From assembly GCA_019429145.1 (NCBI GenBank), contig JAHYJI010000002.1, positions 19,336 to 83,335 on the forward strand: a stretch of DNA of 64,000 bases. Direction: 5' to 3'. The notes under the pieces are model-generated. The model searched no databases. It was given only the letters and a program-made list of their open reading frames with translations, and was not told the origin of the DNA. Shown piece after piece: positions 9,584 to 21,713 of this stretch (positions within the stretch are counted from its first letter, which is position 1; every line of letters starts with the position of its first letter). The DNA comes from Coriobacteriia bacterium (lineage in GTDB: Bacteria; Actinomycetota; Coriobacteriia; Anaerosomatales; SLCP01). Both the position numbers and the translations under genes were made by a program.

Positions 9584-10339
9584 ATGCCGGGTCTTGGCGT
9601 GATCGTAAACGTGTTGGCGGTGCTTGCGGGCACGGCCGTGGGCTTGCTCTTCGGCCGGCTGATCGCCGAGCGGTTCAGGCTCATCGCCTTTGCCGGCATC
9701 GGTCTGGCGACGATGGTCATCGGTGCGAGCATGAGCCTCGGCGGGCTGGCCGATCTTTCCGCGAGCGAACTCGGTGCGTACGCCTCTCTCGTGTTGGTCG
9801 GCTCTCTCGTGCTCGGCTCGCTTGCCGGTGAAGGCTTGCGCATCGAGTACTGGCTGGAGCGTTTCGGACAGCAGCTGCAGGAGCTTGCGTACCGGGCGCC
9901 GGTGCTGGCCCCGGGCCGAGTCGATCAGCCGGGCGAGAAGGGCCACACGCTCGTCGAGGGGTTCGTGACCGCGTCGCTGCTCTTCTGCGTGGGGGCGATG
10001 ACGATCCTCGGCTCGATCCAGGACGGGCTCGGCGACCCGTCGCTCCTCTACCTGAAGGCACTCCTCGACGGCATCGCGTCGATAGCGCTCGCCACCACGC
10101 TCGGGGCGGGCGTCGGTCTCTCGGTTATCCCGATCATCATCATCCAGGGCGGTATCGCCGCCGGGGCACACTCGGTCGAGGCGTTCATGACTCCCGAGGT
10201 CATCAACTCGATCCAGGCGGTGGGAGGAGCGCTGATCTTGGCGATCGGCCTCGACCTCGCGGGTATCAAGCGGCTGCCGGTGGGCAACATGCTGCCCGCC
10301 ATCCTCGTGGGTGCGGTGCTGGTGGGCGTCCTGACGTGA
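9584..10339 (+). CDS. DUF554 family membrane protein (YdfK/YqgA-like)
   Basis: N-terminus MPGLGVIVNVLAVLAGTAVGLLFG, an internal GFVTASLLFCVGAMTILGSIQDGL, and multiple TM segments. The track ORF 9371 extension is Arg-rich and overlaps the upstream gene. Confidence 0.75.
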   Translation: MPGLGVIVNVLAVLAGTAVGLLFGRLIAERFRLIAFAGIGLATMVIGASMSLGGLADLSASELGAYASLVLVGSLVLGSLAGEGLRIEYWLERFGQQLQELAYRAPVLAPGRVDQPGEKGHTLVEGFVTASLLFCVGAMTILGSIQDGLGDPSLLYLKALLDGIASIALATTLGAGVGLSVIPIIIIQGGIAAGAHSVEAFMTPEVINSIQAVGGALILAIGLDLAGIKRLPVGNMLPAILVGAVLVGVLT

Positions 10340-10758
10340 GCGACGCCCCCCGGACACCGGACGCCGGCCTCGACGCTGTCTTCGCCGATCCGCCGCCGCC
10401 CATCGGGCGCTTCAACTGGGGTGCGTTCCTCATCCCCCCGATCTGGGGCGTGGCCAACGGCCAGTGGCCCGGTGTCTTCTTCCTGGCGCTGTGGGTCTTC
10501 ATCGACAACGTGCTGCGCGGTCCGCGGCCATTCGGCATCTGGAGCACAGTGGCCGGCATAGTCCTGGCAGGCGTCACGATCGGCGCCCAGGCGCTCTACG
10601 CGGCAAACGCGAATCGCATCGCGTGGTACCGCATGGCGGGCCGGGTGAGTCCCGAGCGGTTCGCGCGCCGCCAGCGCCTCTGGGGGATCGCCGGCGGTGT
10701 CACGGTCGTCGGCATGGGCGTGTGGATCACACTCTTCATCCTCGGCTACGGGAGCTAG
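10336..10758 (+). CDS. hypothetical membrane protein
   Basis: 140 aa, 3-4 predicted TM segments (IPPIWGVANGQWPGVFFLALWVFI...). 4-nt overlap with the DUF554 gene stop. Confidence 0.55.
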   Translation: MSDAPRTPDAGLDAVFADPPPPIGRFNWGAFLIPPIWGVANGQWPGVFFLALWVFIDNVLRGPRPFGIWSTVAGIVLAGVTIGAQALYAANANRIAWYRMAGRVSPERFARRQRLWGIAGGVTVVGMGVWITLFILGYGS

Positions 10759-11411
10759 AGACTCTCGCGCCACCCCTTCACGGTGAACGCTCCCGGACAG
10801 ACGTCGTTGAGCGTGCAGACTCCGCATGCAGGCCGCTTCGCGGTGCAGATCGCACGCCCGTGATCGATGAAGCGGTAGTTCACGTGGAACCACTCGTCAT
10901 GGGGGAAGACCCCCATCAGGTCGCGCTCGACCTTGTCGGCGTCCTTGTGCTGTGAGAGCCCGAACCGGTGGGCGAGACGGAAGACGTGCGTGTCGACCGC
11001 GATGCCCTCGACCTTGCCGAATGCGTTGCTGATGACGATGTTGGCGGTCTTGCGCGCCACGCCCGGCAGGCTGATGAGCCCCTCCATCGTGTCGGGCACC
11101 TCGCCGTCGTACTCGGTGACGATCATGCGTGCCGCACCCATGATCAGCTTGGTCTTGTTCCGGAAGAACCCGGTGGGCCGGATGATCTCCTCGACCTCGG
11201 CGGGATCCGCTCCGGCCAGGTCCCCGGGTTCGGGGAAGCGCTCGAAGAGCAGCGGGGTGACCTTGTTGACGCCGACATCCGTCGTCTGAGCGGAGAGGAT
11301 GACGGCGATAAGCAGGTGATACGGCGTGTCGTAGTCCAGCATGATGTGGGCGTCCGGGTAGAGCTCGCCCAGCCGGTCCATGATCTCCCGCGCGCGTTGT
11401 GCCCGTTCCAT
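10755..11411 (-). CDS. nth: endonuclease III
   Basis: HhH-GPD motifs (LLIAVILSAQTTDVGVN, LISLPGVARKTANIV) and the C-terminal 4Fe-4S cluster C-x6-C-x2-C-x5-C (CTAKRPACGVCTLNDVC). Confidence 0.93.
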   Translation of the reverse strand: MERAQRAREIMDRLGELYPDAHIMLDYDTPYHLLIAVILSAQTTDVGVNKVTPLLFERFPEPGDLAGADPAEVEEIIRPTGFFRNKTKLIMGAARMIVTEYDGEVPDTMEGLISLPGVARKTANIVISNAFGKVEGIAVDTHVFRLAHRFGLSQHKDADKVERDLMGVFPHDEWFHVNYRFIDHGRAICTAKRPACGVCTLNDVCPGAFTVKGWRESL

Positions 11412-11558
11412 CCTGCCTCCCGCTCTCGCGTCGACGTGGTGCCCCGCACCGAGATGGTACCCGACGCCCGCGTGCTTGACCCCGTGTTGCTGCGGAGATA
11501 CCCTCGGTGAGCCCCGCGCCGGACTCCGGTTGCGGGCTTCTGCCGTGTCCTAATCTGT

Positions 11559-14500
11559 TTGCCGAGGAGTCCCATGCGCCTGCTCGACGCCGTGAGTGCC
11601 GCTCTGGGCACTGCCGAGCCCTTCATCGCGACCCGTGACGCACTGGCGGCGGGAGCGGACTTCACGTTGGCCGCTCCGGGCCTGGTACGGCCGGTGCTGA
11701 CCGCCGCGCTCTTCGCCGAGAAGCCCCGGCCGATGTTGGTGGTGGTGGCCGGAGAGGCGACCGCCGAGCGCTTCGCCCGACAGGCCGCCGCCTACCTGCG
11801 GCCCGGCGAGGTCCTTCACTTCCCGGAGCGCACCGACTCCCCCTGGTCTGATGAAGCTCCCGATCTCGAGGAGGTCGGTGCCCGTGCTCGCGCGCTCCAC
11901 GCGCTGTCGTCCGGCCGCCCCGCGATCGTCGTCTCCTCGACACGGGCCCTGCTGCGCGCCCTTCCGCCCCAGGGATCGCACGTCTTCGAGCCGCTCACGC
12001 TCTCCGTCGGCGCCACGCTCGACCTGGAGGAGACGATCGCCCGGCTCGCACGCATGGGGTACGAGCGCGTCGAGACCGCCGAGGCACGCGGGTCGTTCGC
12101 CGTTCGCGGTGGGGTGCTCGACGTCTTCCCCTCGGACGGCACGCACCCGGTGAGAGCCGAGCTCTTCGGCGATGAGATCGAGACCCTGCGCCGCTACGTT
12201 CCCAGTACGGGACAGAGCATCGGGGACGCCGGGCCCACAGAGGTCTTCGGGTGCCGCGAGGTGGTGCTCGGTTCTCGCTCGGTCGCGGCCGCGCGGACAG
12301 CACTGCGCGACCGGGCGCTCCGGGAGCCCGAGATCGCGCACCATCTCGAGCTGATGGATCAGGGCATCTACTTCAACGGCATCGAGCGTTACCTGCCGTT
12401 CTTCTACAAGCAGGCGGGTGTGCTCACCGACTATCTGGCCGCCGAGACCCTCGTGGTCGTGGCCGAGCCGCGCTCGCTCTTCGACGACGCCACGCGTCGG
12501 TCGGAGGAGCTCCTCGCACAGGCAGAACACGCCGGTGTCTCCGCAGACGGGCTCATCCTGCCGGCCGCACGCATCGAGCTCGGTGGCCGCCAGCGGCTGA
12601 CCCTGCTGGCGCTCCTGCGTGCCGGAGGCGTGGTCGACGACGAGCTCGTCGCGCGCAGTCCCGAGGTCGCGGGCGGCGAGGAGCGCTTCATCGCAGGCGT
12701 GCGCGCTCTGCTCTCGGTCGACTACGGGATCGCGCTCGCCGTGCCCGAGCGCCGCGTGAGGAACCGCGTCGCCGACCGTCTCGTCGACGAGGGAATCCCC
12801 GTGGTCGATCTGGTCGCCGAGGCCCGCGAGCGGACAGCGGGTGACTCGGCTCCGCCGGCTCCCGCGCGGCTCCGTCCCGGCGTCGTGAACCTCACCGACG
12901 TCGAGGTGCCCGCCGGCTACGTCGTCCCTGCTGCCCGCTTTGCGATCGTGAGCATCGACGACGTCTACCCGCGCTCGGCGGCGGCACGGCGCGCGGCGCG
13001 GGAGGTCGACTCCACCCGGATCACCTTCGGCTTCGCGCCGGGCGACTACGTCGTGCACGCCACACACGGAATCGCACTGTTCAAGGCACTGGAGCGCAGG
13101 GTGGTGCTCGGTGCGGAGCGAGAGTACCTCGTGCTCGAGTACGCGAAGGGCGACAAGCTCTACGTCCCGGTCGAGCAGATCGACCGGGTCACCAAGTACG
13201 TCGGGTCGGACGGCTCCGCGCCCCGGGTCACGCGGTTGAATACCGCCGATTGGTCCCGGGCGACGGGCAAGGCGCGCGCCGCTGCCCGCAAGCTCGCCTT
13301 CGATCTCGTGGACCTGTACGCGCGTCGTGCATCGGTGGCCGGCCACGCCTTCGGATCCGATACGCCCTGGCAGCTGGAGATGGAGGTGGCCTTCCCGTTC
13401 GAGGAGACGCCCGATCAGCTCGCCGCCATCGCCGACGTGAAGGCCGACATGGAGTCCGAGAAGCCGATGGACCGCCTCATCTGCGGAGATGTCGGCTACG
13501 GAAAGACCGAGGTCGCTATCCGCGCCGCGTTCAAGGCCACGCAGGACGGCAAGCAGGTGCTCGTCCTCTGTCCGACCACCATCCTCGCCCAGCAGCACTT
13601 CACGACCTTCTCCGAGCGCTTCGCCGCGTTCCCCGTCAGGGTAGAGGTGCTCTCGCGCTTCCGCACGCCCTCGCAGCAGAAAGCCGCGCTGGAAGGATTC
13701 GCGTCCGGCGAGGTCGATGTCCTCATCGGCACGCACCGTCTGCTCTCGGCGGACGTGGCTCCGAAGGACCTCGGGCTCGTGGTCATCGACGAGGAGCAGC
13801 GCTTCGGGGTTGAGCACAAGGAGCACCTCAAGAACTTGCGCGAGCAGATCGACGTGCTCACGATGACCGCCACGCCCATCCCGCGGACGCTGCAGATGTC
13901 GCTGTCCGGAGTGCGCGACATGAGCGTCATCGACACGCCGCCCCCCAACCGCTTCCCGGTCCACGTGCACGTCGGCGAGTACGACCCCGACGTCGTGTCC
14001 GGGGCGATCCGGCGCGAGGTGCAGCGCGGAGGGCAGGTCTACTTCGTCTCCAACCGGGTGAAGTCGATCGATGAAGCCGTCGCCCGGGTGACCGAGGCGG
14101 CGCCCGAGGCACGCGTGGGCGTGGCGCACGGACAGATGTCCGAGCGCGAGCTCGAGCGCGTGATGGAGCGTTTCGCCGCCAACGAGATCGACGTGCTCGT
14201 CGCAACGACCATCGTGGAGAGCGGCATCGACAACCCCCACTCCAACACGCTGGTGATCGAGGACTCACAGCGCCTCGGCCTCGCGCAGCTCTACCAGCTC
14301 AAGGGCCGGGTCGGCCGCAGTCACGTCAAGGCCTACGCGTACTTCCTCTTCCCGCGCGGCGCCTCGCTCACCGAGCAGGCCACCGAGCGGCTCGTCGCGA
14401 TCCGTGACCACTCCGACCTCGGGAGCGGCATCAAGGTCGCCATGCGCGATCTGGAGATCCGGGGTGCGGGTTCGCTCCTCGGCGCAGAACAGCACGGCTC

Positions 14501-15017
14501 GATGAGCGCGGTCGGGTTCGACCTGTACGCCGAGATGATCCGCCAGGCCGTCGCCGAGGTGCGGGGCGAGCCGGTGGTGGCCCATCCGGAGATCAAGGTC
14601 GACCTGCCGGTGCCTGCCTTCCTGCCCGAGGAGTACGTCGGGGCGACCGACGAGCGGGTGCGCACCTACCGACGCCTTGCGGGCGCGCCCACGGTCGAGC
14701 GCGTCGAGCAGGTCGCGCGCGAGCTCGTCGAGGCGCACGGAGCGCTTCCGGAGCCGGCACGCAACCTGGTCGACATCGCCCGCATCCGGGCGCTTGCCGC
14801 CGAGGCCGGCGTACGCTCGGTCTCCGTGGTGCGCCGCCGTCTGACTATCTCGCCCGTCTCTCCCTCGGAAGGGGCGCGCGGAGCACTTGCCGCACTCGGC
14901 GCGATCACGCTCGAACGGGACCGCGCGGTGGCCCTTCCGCTCGGCTATGGAGCTTCTGTGACAGACTCTGCCGCCGCACTGCTCGGTGCTATACTTGCCC
15001 GGTCCGATGACGCCTGA
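11559..15017 (+). CDS. mfd: transcription-repair coupling factor
   Basis: 1152 aa. UvrB-homology N-terminus, CarD-like domain (GDYVVHATHGIALF), SF2 helicase motifs (GDVGYGKTEVA, DEEQRFG, TATPIPRT) and a TRCF C-terminal domain. Confidence 0.95.
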   Translation: MPRSPMRLLDAVSAALGTAEPFIATRDALAAGADFTLAAPGLVRPVLTAALFAEKPRPMLVVVAGEATAERFARQAAAYLRPGEVLHFPERTDSPWSDEAPDLEEVGARARALHALSSGRPAIVVSSTRALLRALPPQGSHVFEPLTLSVGATLDLEETIARLARMGYERVETAEARGSFAVRGGVLDVFPSDGTHPVRAELFGDEIETLRRYVPSTGQSIGDAGPTEVFGCREVVLGSRSVAAARTALRDRALREPEIAHHLELMDQGIYFNGIERYLPFFYKQAGVLTDYLAAETLVVVAEPRSLFDDATRRSEELLAQAEHAGVSADGLILPAARIELGGRQRLTLLALLRAGGVVDDELVARSPEVAGGEERFIAGVRALLSVDYGIALAVPERRVRNRVADRLVDEGIPVVDLVAEARERTAGDSAPPAPARLRPGVVNLTDVEVPAGYVVPAARFAIVSIDDVYPRSAAARRAAREVDSTRITFGFAPGDYVVHATHGIALFKALERRVVLGAEREYLVLEYAKGDKLYVPVEQIDRVTKYVGSDGSAPRVTRLNTADWSRATGKARAAARKLAFDLVDLYARRASVAGHAFGSDTPWQLEMEVAFPFEETPDQLAAIADVKADMESEKPMDRLICGDVGYGKTEVAIRAAFKATQDGKQVLVLCPTTILAQQHFTTFSERFAAFPVRVEVLSRFRTPSQQKAALEGFASGEVDVLIGTHRLLSADVAPKDLGLVVIDEEQRFGVEHKEHLKNLREQIDVLTMTATPIPRTLQMSLSGVRDMSVIDTPPPNRFPVHVHVGEYDPDVVSGAIRREVQRGGQVYFVSNRVKSIDEAVARVTEAAPEARVGVAHGQMSERELERVMERFAANEIDVLVATTIVESGIDNPHSNTLVIEDSQRLGLAQLYQLKGRVGRSHVKAYAYFLFPRGASLTEQATERLVAIRDHSDLGSGIKVAMRDLEIRGAGSLLGAEQHGSMSAVGFDLYAEMIRQAVAEVRGEPVVAHPEIKVDLPVPAFLPEEYVGATDERVRTYRRLAGAPTVERVEQVARELVEAHGALPEPARNLVDIARIRALAAEAGVRSVSVVRRRLTISPVSPSEGARGALAALGAITLERDRAVALPLGYGASVTDSAAALLGAILARSDDA

Positions 15018-15039
15018 CCTACTTCCCCTGGAGGACCTG

Positions 15040-16041
15040 ATGAGGACGTTTCGTCCCTTGATCGCTCTCGCTCTCGCCGCCGCGCTCGCCGTCGGTGTGG
15101 CCGGATGCGGTTCGAACGATGTCGCTGCTATCGTCAACGGCGAGGAAATCAGCAAGGCCGAGCTCGAAGCACAGGTCGACCGCCTGATGGAGCAGTCGCC
15201 CCAGATGTTCGAGGGCGATGAGGGCGAGGCGCGCCTCGTCGACTTCAAGCGGCAGCTGCTCGACAACATGATCAACAACGTGCTCATCCGCCAGGCGGCG
15301 GCCGAGCGCGGTATCAGCGTCACGGACGAGGAGATCGACGCACAGATCGCCGATCTGAAAGCTGGCTTCCCGAGCGAGGAAGAGTTCGACACCGCGCTCG
15401 CCAACGCCAACCTGACTCTGGACGACCTCAAGCAGCAGCTGCGCGATCAGCTCGCGACTCAGCGGCTGATGGAGGACCTCGTCGGCGACGATGAGGTCAC
15501 CGATGCGGAGATCGAGGAGTACTACGAGGCGAACAAGGCCCAGTACGAGGAGCAGGCAGCGGTCAAGGCCTCGCACATACTGTTCGACCCCGAGGACAAG
15601 GCTAACGCCGAGGACGTTCTCGCTCAGGTCAACAACGGCGGGGACTTCGCCGAGCTCGCCAAGGAGCACTCCAAGGACCCCGGCTCGGCTGCACAGGGTG
15701 GGGACCTCGGTTGGTCCGATCCCGCCCGCCCGTTCGTGACCGAGTTCCAGGATGCCCTCGAAGCCCTGGAGGTCGGGGAGATCTCCGAGCTGGTAGAGAC
15801 CGAGTACGGCTGGCACATCATCAAAGTCGACGAGTCGCGCGAGCAGCGCACCAAGCCTCTCGACGAAGTCAGCGAACAGATCGAGCAGCAGATCCTGCAG
15901 CAGCGCAACATCACTGCCTACCAGGAGTTCCTTGCCGAGGTCCGCGAGGCAGCCGACATCGAGATACTCATCGACGAGCTGAAGCTTCCCGAAGCCGAGG
16001 CCGAGGACACCCCTGCGACCGAAGAGGCTCCCGCGGAGTAG
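15040..16041 (+). CDS. peptidylprolyl isomerase lipoprotein (PrsA/SurA-like, parvulin domain)
   Basis: Lipobox VGVAGCGS, a SurA_N-like helical region and a PpiC domain (ASHILF...GGDLGW...YGWHIIKV). Confidence 0.85.
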   Translation: MRTFRPLIALALAAALAVGVAGCGSNDVAAIVNGEEISKAELEAQVDRLMEQSPQMFEGDEGEARLVDFKRQLLDNMINNVLIRQAAAERGISVTDEEIDAQIADLKAGFPSEEEFDTALANANLTLDDLKQQLRDQLATQRLMEDLVGDDEVTDAEIEEYYEANKAQYEEQAAVKASHILFDPEDKANAEDVLAQVNNGGDFAELAKEHSKDPGSAAQGGDLGWSDPARPFVTEFQDALEALEVGEISELVETEYGWHIIKVDESREQRTKPLDEVSEQIEQQILQQRNITAYQEFLAEVREAADIEILIDELKLPEAEAEDTPATEEAPAE

Positions 16042-16072
16042 CGCGAGAGCCGGGCCCGAGCGGGGGGATGTC

Positions 16073-18141
<2,069 letters not shown>

Positions 18142-18166
18142 CGGCGCCGAGGAGCACGCAGCCCGT

Positions 18167-19087
18167 ATGCAGCAACCCGCGCGACACAGAGACCCGGTAC
18201 TGCGCATCCCGTACGACTACGGGGTGCCGCTCGACACGGCGCTCGCCCGTCGCGAGCGATTCGCGAACAACTACGACATCGACTTCGGTCAGGAGAGGGT
18301 CTTCCCCGAGCTGCTCGAGGCTCTACTCGACGAGGTTCCCGAGGGGTCCGAGATACTCGAGGTAGGAGCAGCGACCGGCTTCCTGACTCGACCCCTGCTG
18401 CAGCGCGTAGAGCGTCTTACCGCTCTCGAACCCTCCCCGGGCATGCTCCGGCTCCTCCTGGCTTCAGACGTCGCGGACTCGCCCAAACTATCCACACGTC
18501 AGGGCATGGTGGAGGACCTTCCCCCCGAGGAGGCGTACGACGTCGCGGTCGTGACCTTCACCCCCCGGCGGGGACTCGGCCTCTCGCGCCTGTTGACCGA
18601 ACTCGAGCACCGCGTGCGCGACCGGGTCATCATGCTGCTCGATGAGGACGGCTCGCTCGACTGGGCCTACCTCGCCAGAGGAGCCTCCCTGCGGGGCCTG
18701 GACGTCAGGCTCAGGATGGTCTGTGGCTCGGAGCCGGGCATGGAGCAGACCATGCGTCGTGCGGTCGTCCTGGTGGTCAAGGTGACACCGGTGTGTCCGG
18801 TGAGCGGTCCGGTGCCCGAGGTCGAGCACTTCGAGTGGGCCGACAACGCGCGGCAGATCGACGTTCCGTTCCCGCCGCCGAGAGGCGCTGCCACCAGGAT
18901 CGTGCGCTACGTTCTGGCGGGTGGTGACCGGGCGGTGCGCGTGGGGACCGATCCCCGCGGCGTGGAGCGCCTCTACGGCAATCTCAGGACCGCGGTCCAT
19001 CGCATCGCCCGCGACCGGCTGACGGTCAGACGCGACGGGGAAGCCATACAGATCGTGCGGCTGCCTCGAAGCGGCGAGGACGCCTGA
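18167..19087 (+). CDS. class I SAM-dependent methyltransferase family protein
   Basis: SAM motif I ILEVGAATGFLT. ATG at 18167 follows gaggag. The C-terminal ~120 aa are not recognised. Confidence 0.6.
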   Translation: MQQPARHRDPVLRIPYDYGVPLDTALARRERFANNYDIDFGQERVFPELLEALLDEVPEGSEILEVGAATGFLTRPLLQRVERLTALEPSPGMLRLLLASDVADSPKLSTRQGMVEDLPPEEAYDVAVVTFTPRRGLGLSRLLTELEHRVRDRVIMLLDEDGSLDWAYLARGASLRGLDVRLRMVCGSEPGMEQTMRRAVVLVVKVTPVCPVSGPVPEVEHFEWADNARQIDVPFPPPRGAATRIVRYVLAGGDRAVRVGTDPRGVERLYGNLRTAVHRIARDRLTVRRDGEAIQIVRLPRSGEDA

Positions 19088-20490
19088 TGCGCCGCACCAA
19101 GATTGTCGCAACCATCGGCCCGGCAAGCGAGTCACCTCTGGTGCTGGATGCCCTCATCGCTGCAGGCATGGATGTCGCCCGGCTCAACTCCTCTCACTCG
19201 GGCCCGGATGAACTTACCAAGCGGCTCGACGCGGTAAGATCGGCGGCGCAGCGCGCCGGTCGCTCCGTGGCGGTGATGCTCGACCTGGCCGGTCCCAAGC
19301 TCAGGCTTGGCGAAGTCGCTCCGGGCACATTCCTTCAGCCGGACGCCGAGTTCTCGCTCGTACCAGGAGAGTGCTCCGGCGACTCCACTCGCGCGTGCCT
19401 GAACTACGCCGGTCTGGCGGACGACATCGCTCCTGGCGACCGCCTGCTTCTCGACGACGGCGCGCTCGAGCTGGTGGTGACCGGGACCGGGCACGGGGTC
19501 GTGCGCACTCGCGTCGTGACCGGCGGTGCTCTCCTGAGCCGCAAGGGCGTCAACGCTCCGGGCGTCGAGCTCGGTGTCAGCTCCATCACCGGGTACGACC
19601 GGGAGGTCCTTGCCTGGGCGCTCGATGCGGGGGTCGACCTGATCGCGCAGTCCTTCGTCCGGAGGGCTGCCGACGTGGAGCACCTGCGTGCACTCATCGG
19701 CGAGGGCGCCCCGCCCATCGTGACCAAGGTCGAAACGTCGGCAGCGGCGCGTGACATCGACGCGATCGTTGCAGTGTCGGACGTCGTGATGGTCGCGCGC
19801 GGCGACCTCGGAGTCGAGACCTCCCCCGAGGAGGTCCCGGTCCTGCAGCGGAGGATCATCGAACTGTGTCGCATCGCCGGCGTACCCGTCATCGTTGCCA
19901 CCCAGATGCTTGAGTCGATGACGTCGGCACCCCGGCCAACGCGTGCCGAGGCAAGCGACGTCGCCAACGCCATCTTCGACCGAGTCGATGCGGTCATGCT
20001 CTCCGCGGAAACGGCGGTCGGCTCCTATCCTGTCGAATCCGTCGAGACGATGGCGCGTATCGCGAAGAGGGCCGAGGACTCCGGGCAGACAGCGCCACCG
20101 TTTGCCGTGCCGCCCGGGGATGGCGGCGACGTGACCGCCGCGGTGAGTTCGGCGGTGTGCAGGCTCGCGAGCGATCTGGAGCTCGATGCGATCGTGACGG
20201 CCACGCAGTCCGGGGCGACGGCGCGCGCGGTCGCCAGGCACCGACCGTCGGCACCGGTGGTCGCGGCGACGCCCGACCCGGCGGTGGCCCGCAGACTGGC
20301 CGTGGTCTGGGGCGTCCGGCCGCTCGTGGTGCCGCTCGCCGACGACACCGACCTGATGCTCGACAGCGTTCTCGTGGCGGTCCGGGATGCGGGCCTCGCA
20401 TCGTCGGGCGACCGCGTTGCCATCACCGCCGGCATATCCTCACGTGTGCCCGGCGCGACCGACTTCATCCTGGTGCGGTCGGTCAGCTAA
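19087..20490 (+). CDS. pyk: pyruvate kinase
   Basis: MRRTKIVATIGPAS, MDVARLNSSHS, MVARGDLGVE and ATQMLESM motifs. Confidence 0.95.
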   Translation: MRRTKIVATIGPASESPLVLDALIAAGMDVARLNSSHSGPDELTKRLDAVRSAAQRAGRSVAVMLDLAGPKLRLGEVAPGTFLQPDAEFSLVPGECSGDSTRACLNYAGLADDIAPGDRLLLDDGALELVVTGTGHGVVRTRVVTGGALLSRKGVNAPGVELGVSSITGYDREVLAWALDAGVDLIAQSFVRRAADVEHLRALIGEGAPPIVTKVETSAAARDIDAIVAVSDVVMVARGDLGVETSPEEVPVLQRRIIELCRIAGVPVIVATQMLESMTSAPRPTRAEASDVANAIFDRVDAVMLSAETAVGSYPVESVETMARIAKRAEDSGQTAPPFAVPPGDGGDVTAAVSSAVCRLASDLELDAIVTATQSGATARAVARHRPSAPVVAATPDPAVARRLAVVWGVRPLVVPLADDTDLMLDSVLVAVRDAGLASSGDRVAITAGISSRVPGATDFILVRSVS

Positions 20491-20618
20491 CGAGCCGCCC
20501 AGAGCCTCGACCTCGACCTTGGCTCGAGGTGATGCGCTGGCGGTGCCTGTGCTATCATCCGCCCAGGTGCACCGGTACGGCTGCACACTGAATCGCTGGC
20601 CTTCTCACAGGACCCTCA

Positions 20619-21170
20619 TTGGCGATGGCTTCGAGGAAATCGACGCGGCACGGGGCTTCAGCGAGTTCACGGCGGACCGCCACGCAGGCGGCCTCTCGCC
20701 GTGGCTCCTCTTCGCGCGCGCGGTCCGCGACCGGACGGAAGGCCCCCGCCCGCTCCTCGTCGCGATCCACACGGACCACCCCGCGCGGTCCTTCGCGCTC
20801 TCGTCGCCCCCGGTGGATGATCCCACTGCTCGCACTGGGCGTCGTTCTCCTCGCCGGATGGGCCTTCTACTCACCGCTCAAAGTCCACTACCAGGAGTCC
20901 CGTGAGCAGGCGCGCCTCGAGGCCGAGCTTGCGAGCTTGCAGGAGCGCAACGAGACCCTGAACGCCCAGGTCGAACGGCTCAAGACGCCCGAGGGGGTCG
21001 AGGAGCTTGCGCGCGAGAGCCTCGGCATGGTCAAGGAGGGGGAGAACCTCTACGTCGTTGTCGACCCCGATGCGGACGCCACCAGCACCGCCGCGGGCGT
21101 CGCTGATACCCCCGAGATACCCGGCTCCCTCTGGAACGACCTGCTGGATCTCGTCTTCGGCGTCAGGTAG
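20619..21170 (+). CDS. ftsB: septum formation initiator FtsB/DivIC family protein
   Basis: Basic disordered N-terminus, one TM segment (MIPLLALGVVLLAGWAFY), a coiled coil (LEAELASLQERNETLNAQVERL) and ARESLGMVKEGE. It sits in the eno-ftsB-DUF501-ppx order typical of actinobacteria. The start is uncertain. Confidence 0.8.
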   Translation: MAMASRKSTRHGASASSRRTATQAASRRGSSSRARSATGRKAPARSSSRSTRTTPRGPSRSRRPRWMIPLLALGVVLLAGWAFYSPLKVHYQESREQARLEAELASLQERNETLNAQVERLKTPEGVEELARESLGMVKEGENLYVVVDPDADATSTAAGVADTPEIPGSLWNDLLDLVFGVR

Positions 21171-21179
21171 CGGCGCGAC

Positions 21180-21713
21180 GTGAGCGCCGGGCGAACGGAA
21201 CCGAGCCCCACCGAGCGCGCGGTCGTCACAGCGCAACTCCATCGCGAACCTCGCGGTGACTGGTGGGTCGAGGTGCGCTGTTCCTTCGGGTATCCGCAGG
21301 TGATCACGACCGCGCCGCTCGTCGCCGCCGAGACGCCCTTCCCGACGCTTCACTGGCTCACGTGCCCGTGGCTGGCAGAGCGCACCGCGAGCGCCGAATC
21401 CGCGGGCGAGATCGCGCGGTGGGCCGGACGGCTTGCGGGTGACCCGGATCTCTCCGGCCGGATGCTCGCGGCTGACGCGCGGTACCGGCGGCGCCGCGCA
21501 GCGGTGTCGCCGGACGGGACCGACCCCTGCTTCGATGTCGGGATCGCGGGTCAGCGCGACCCGCTTGCCACCAAGTGTCTGCACGCGCACGTCGCCACCG
21601 CGCTCGCGGGTATCGACGATCCTGTCGGCACCGAGCTCGTGGGCACGCTCGGCCGGGAGTGTCCCGACGGGCGATGCGGGGCACTGACGTGTCTGCGAGA
21701 GGAGACACCGTGA
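21180..21713 (+). CDS. DUF501 domain protein
   Basis: VVTAQLHREPRG...VRCSFGYPQVITTAP...FPTLHWLTCPWL pattern. Conserved position between ftsB and ppx. Confidence 0.75.
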   Translation: MSAGRTEPSPTERAVVTAQLHREPRGDWWVEVRCSFGYPQVITTAPLVAAETPFPTLHWLTCPWLAERTASAESAGEIARWAGRLAGDPDLSGRMLAADARYRRRRAAVSPDGTDPCFDVGIAGQRDPLATKCLHAHVATALAGIDDPVGTELVGTLGRECPDGRCGALTCLREETP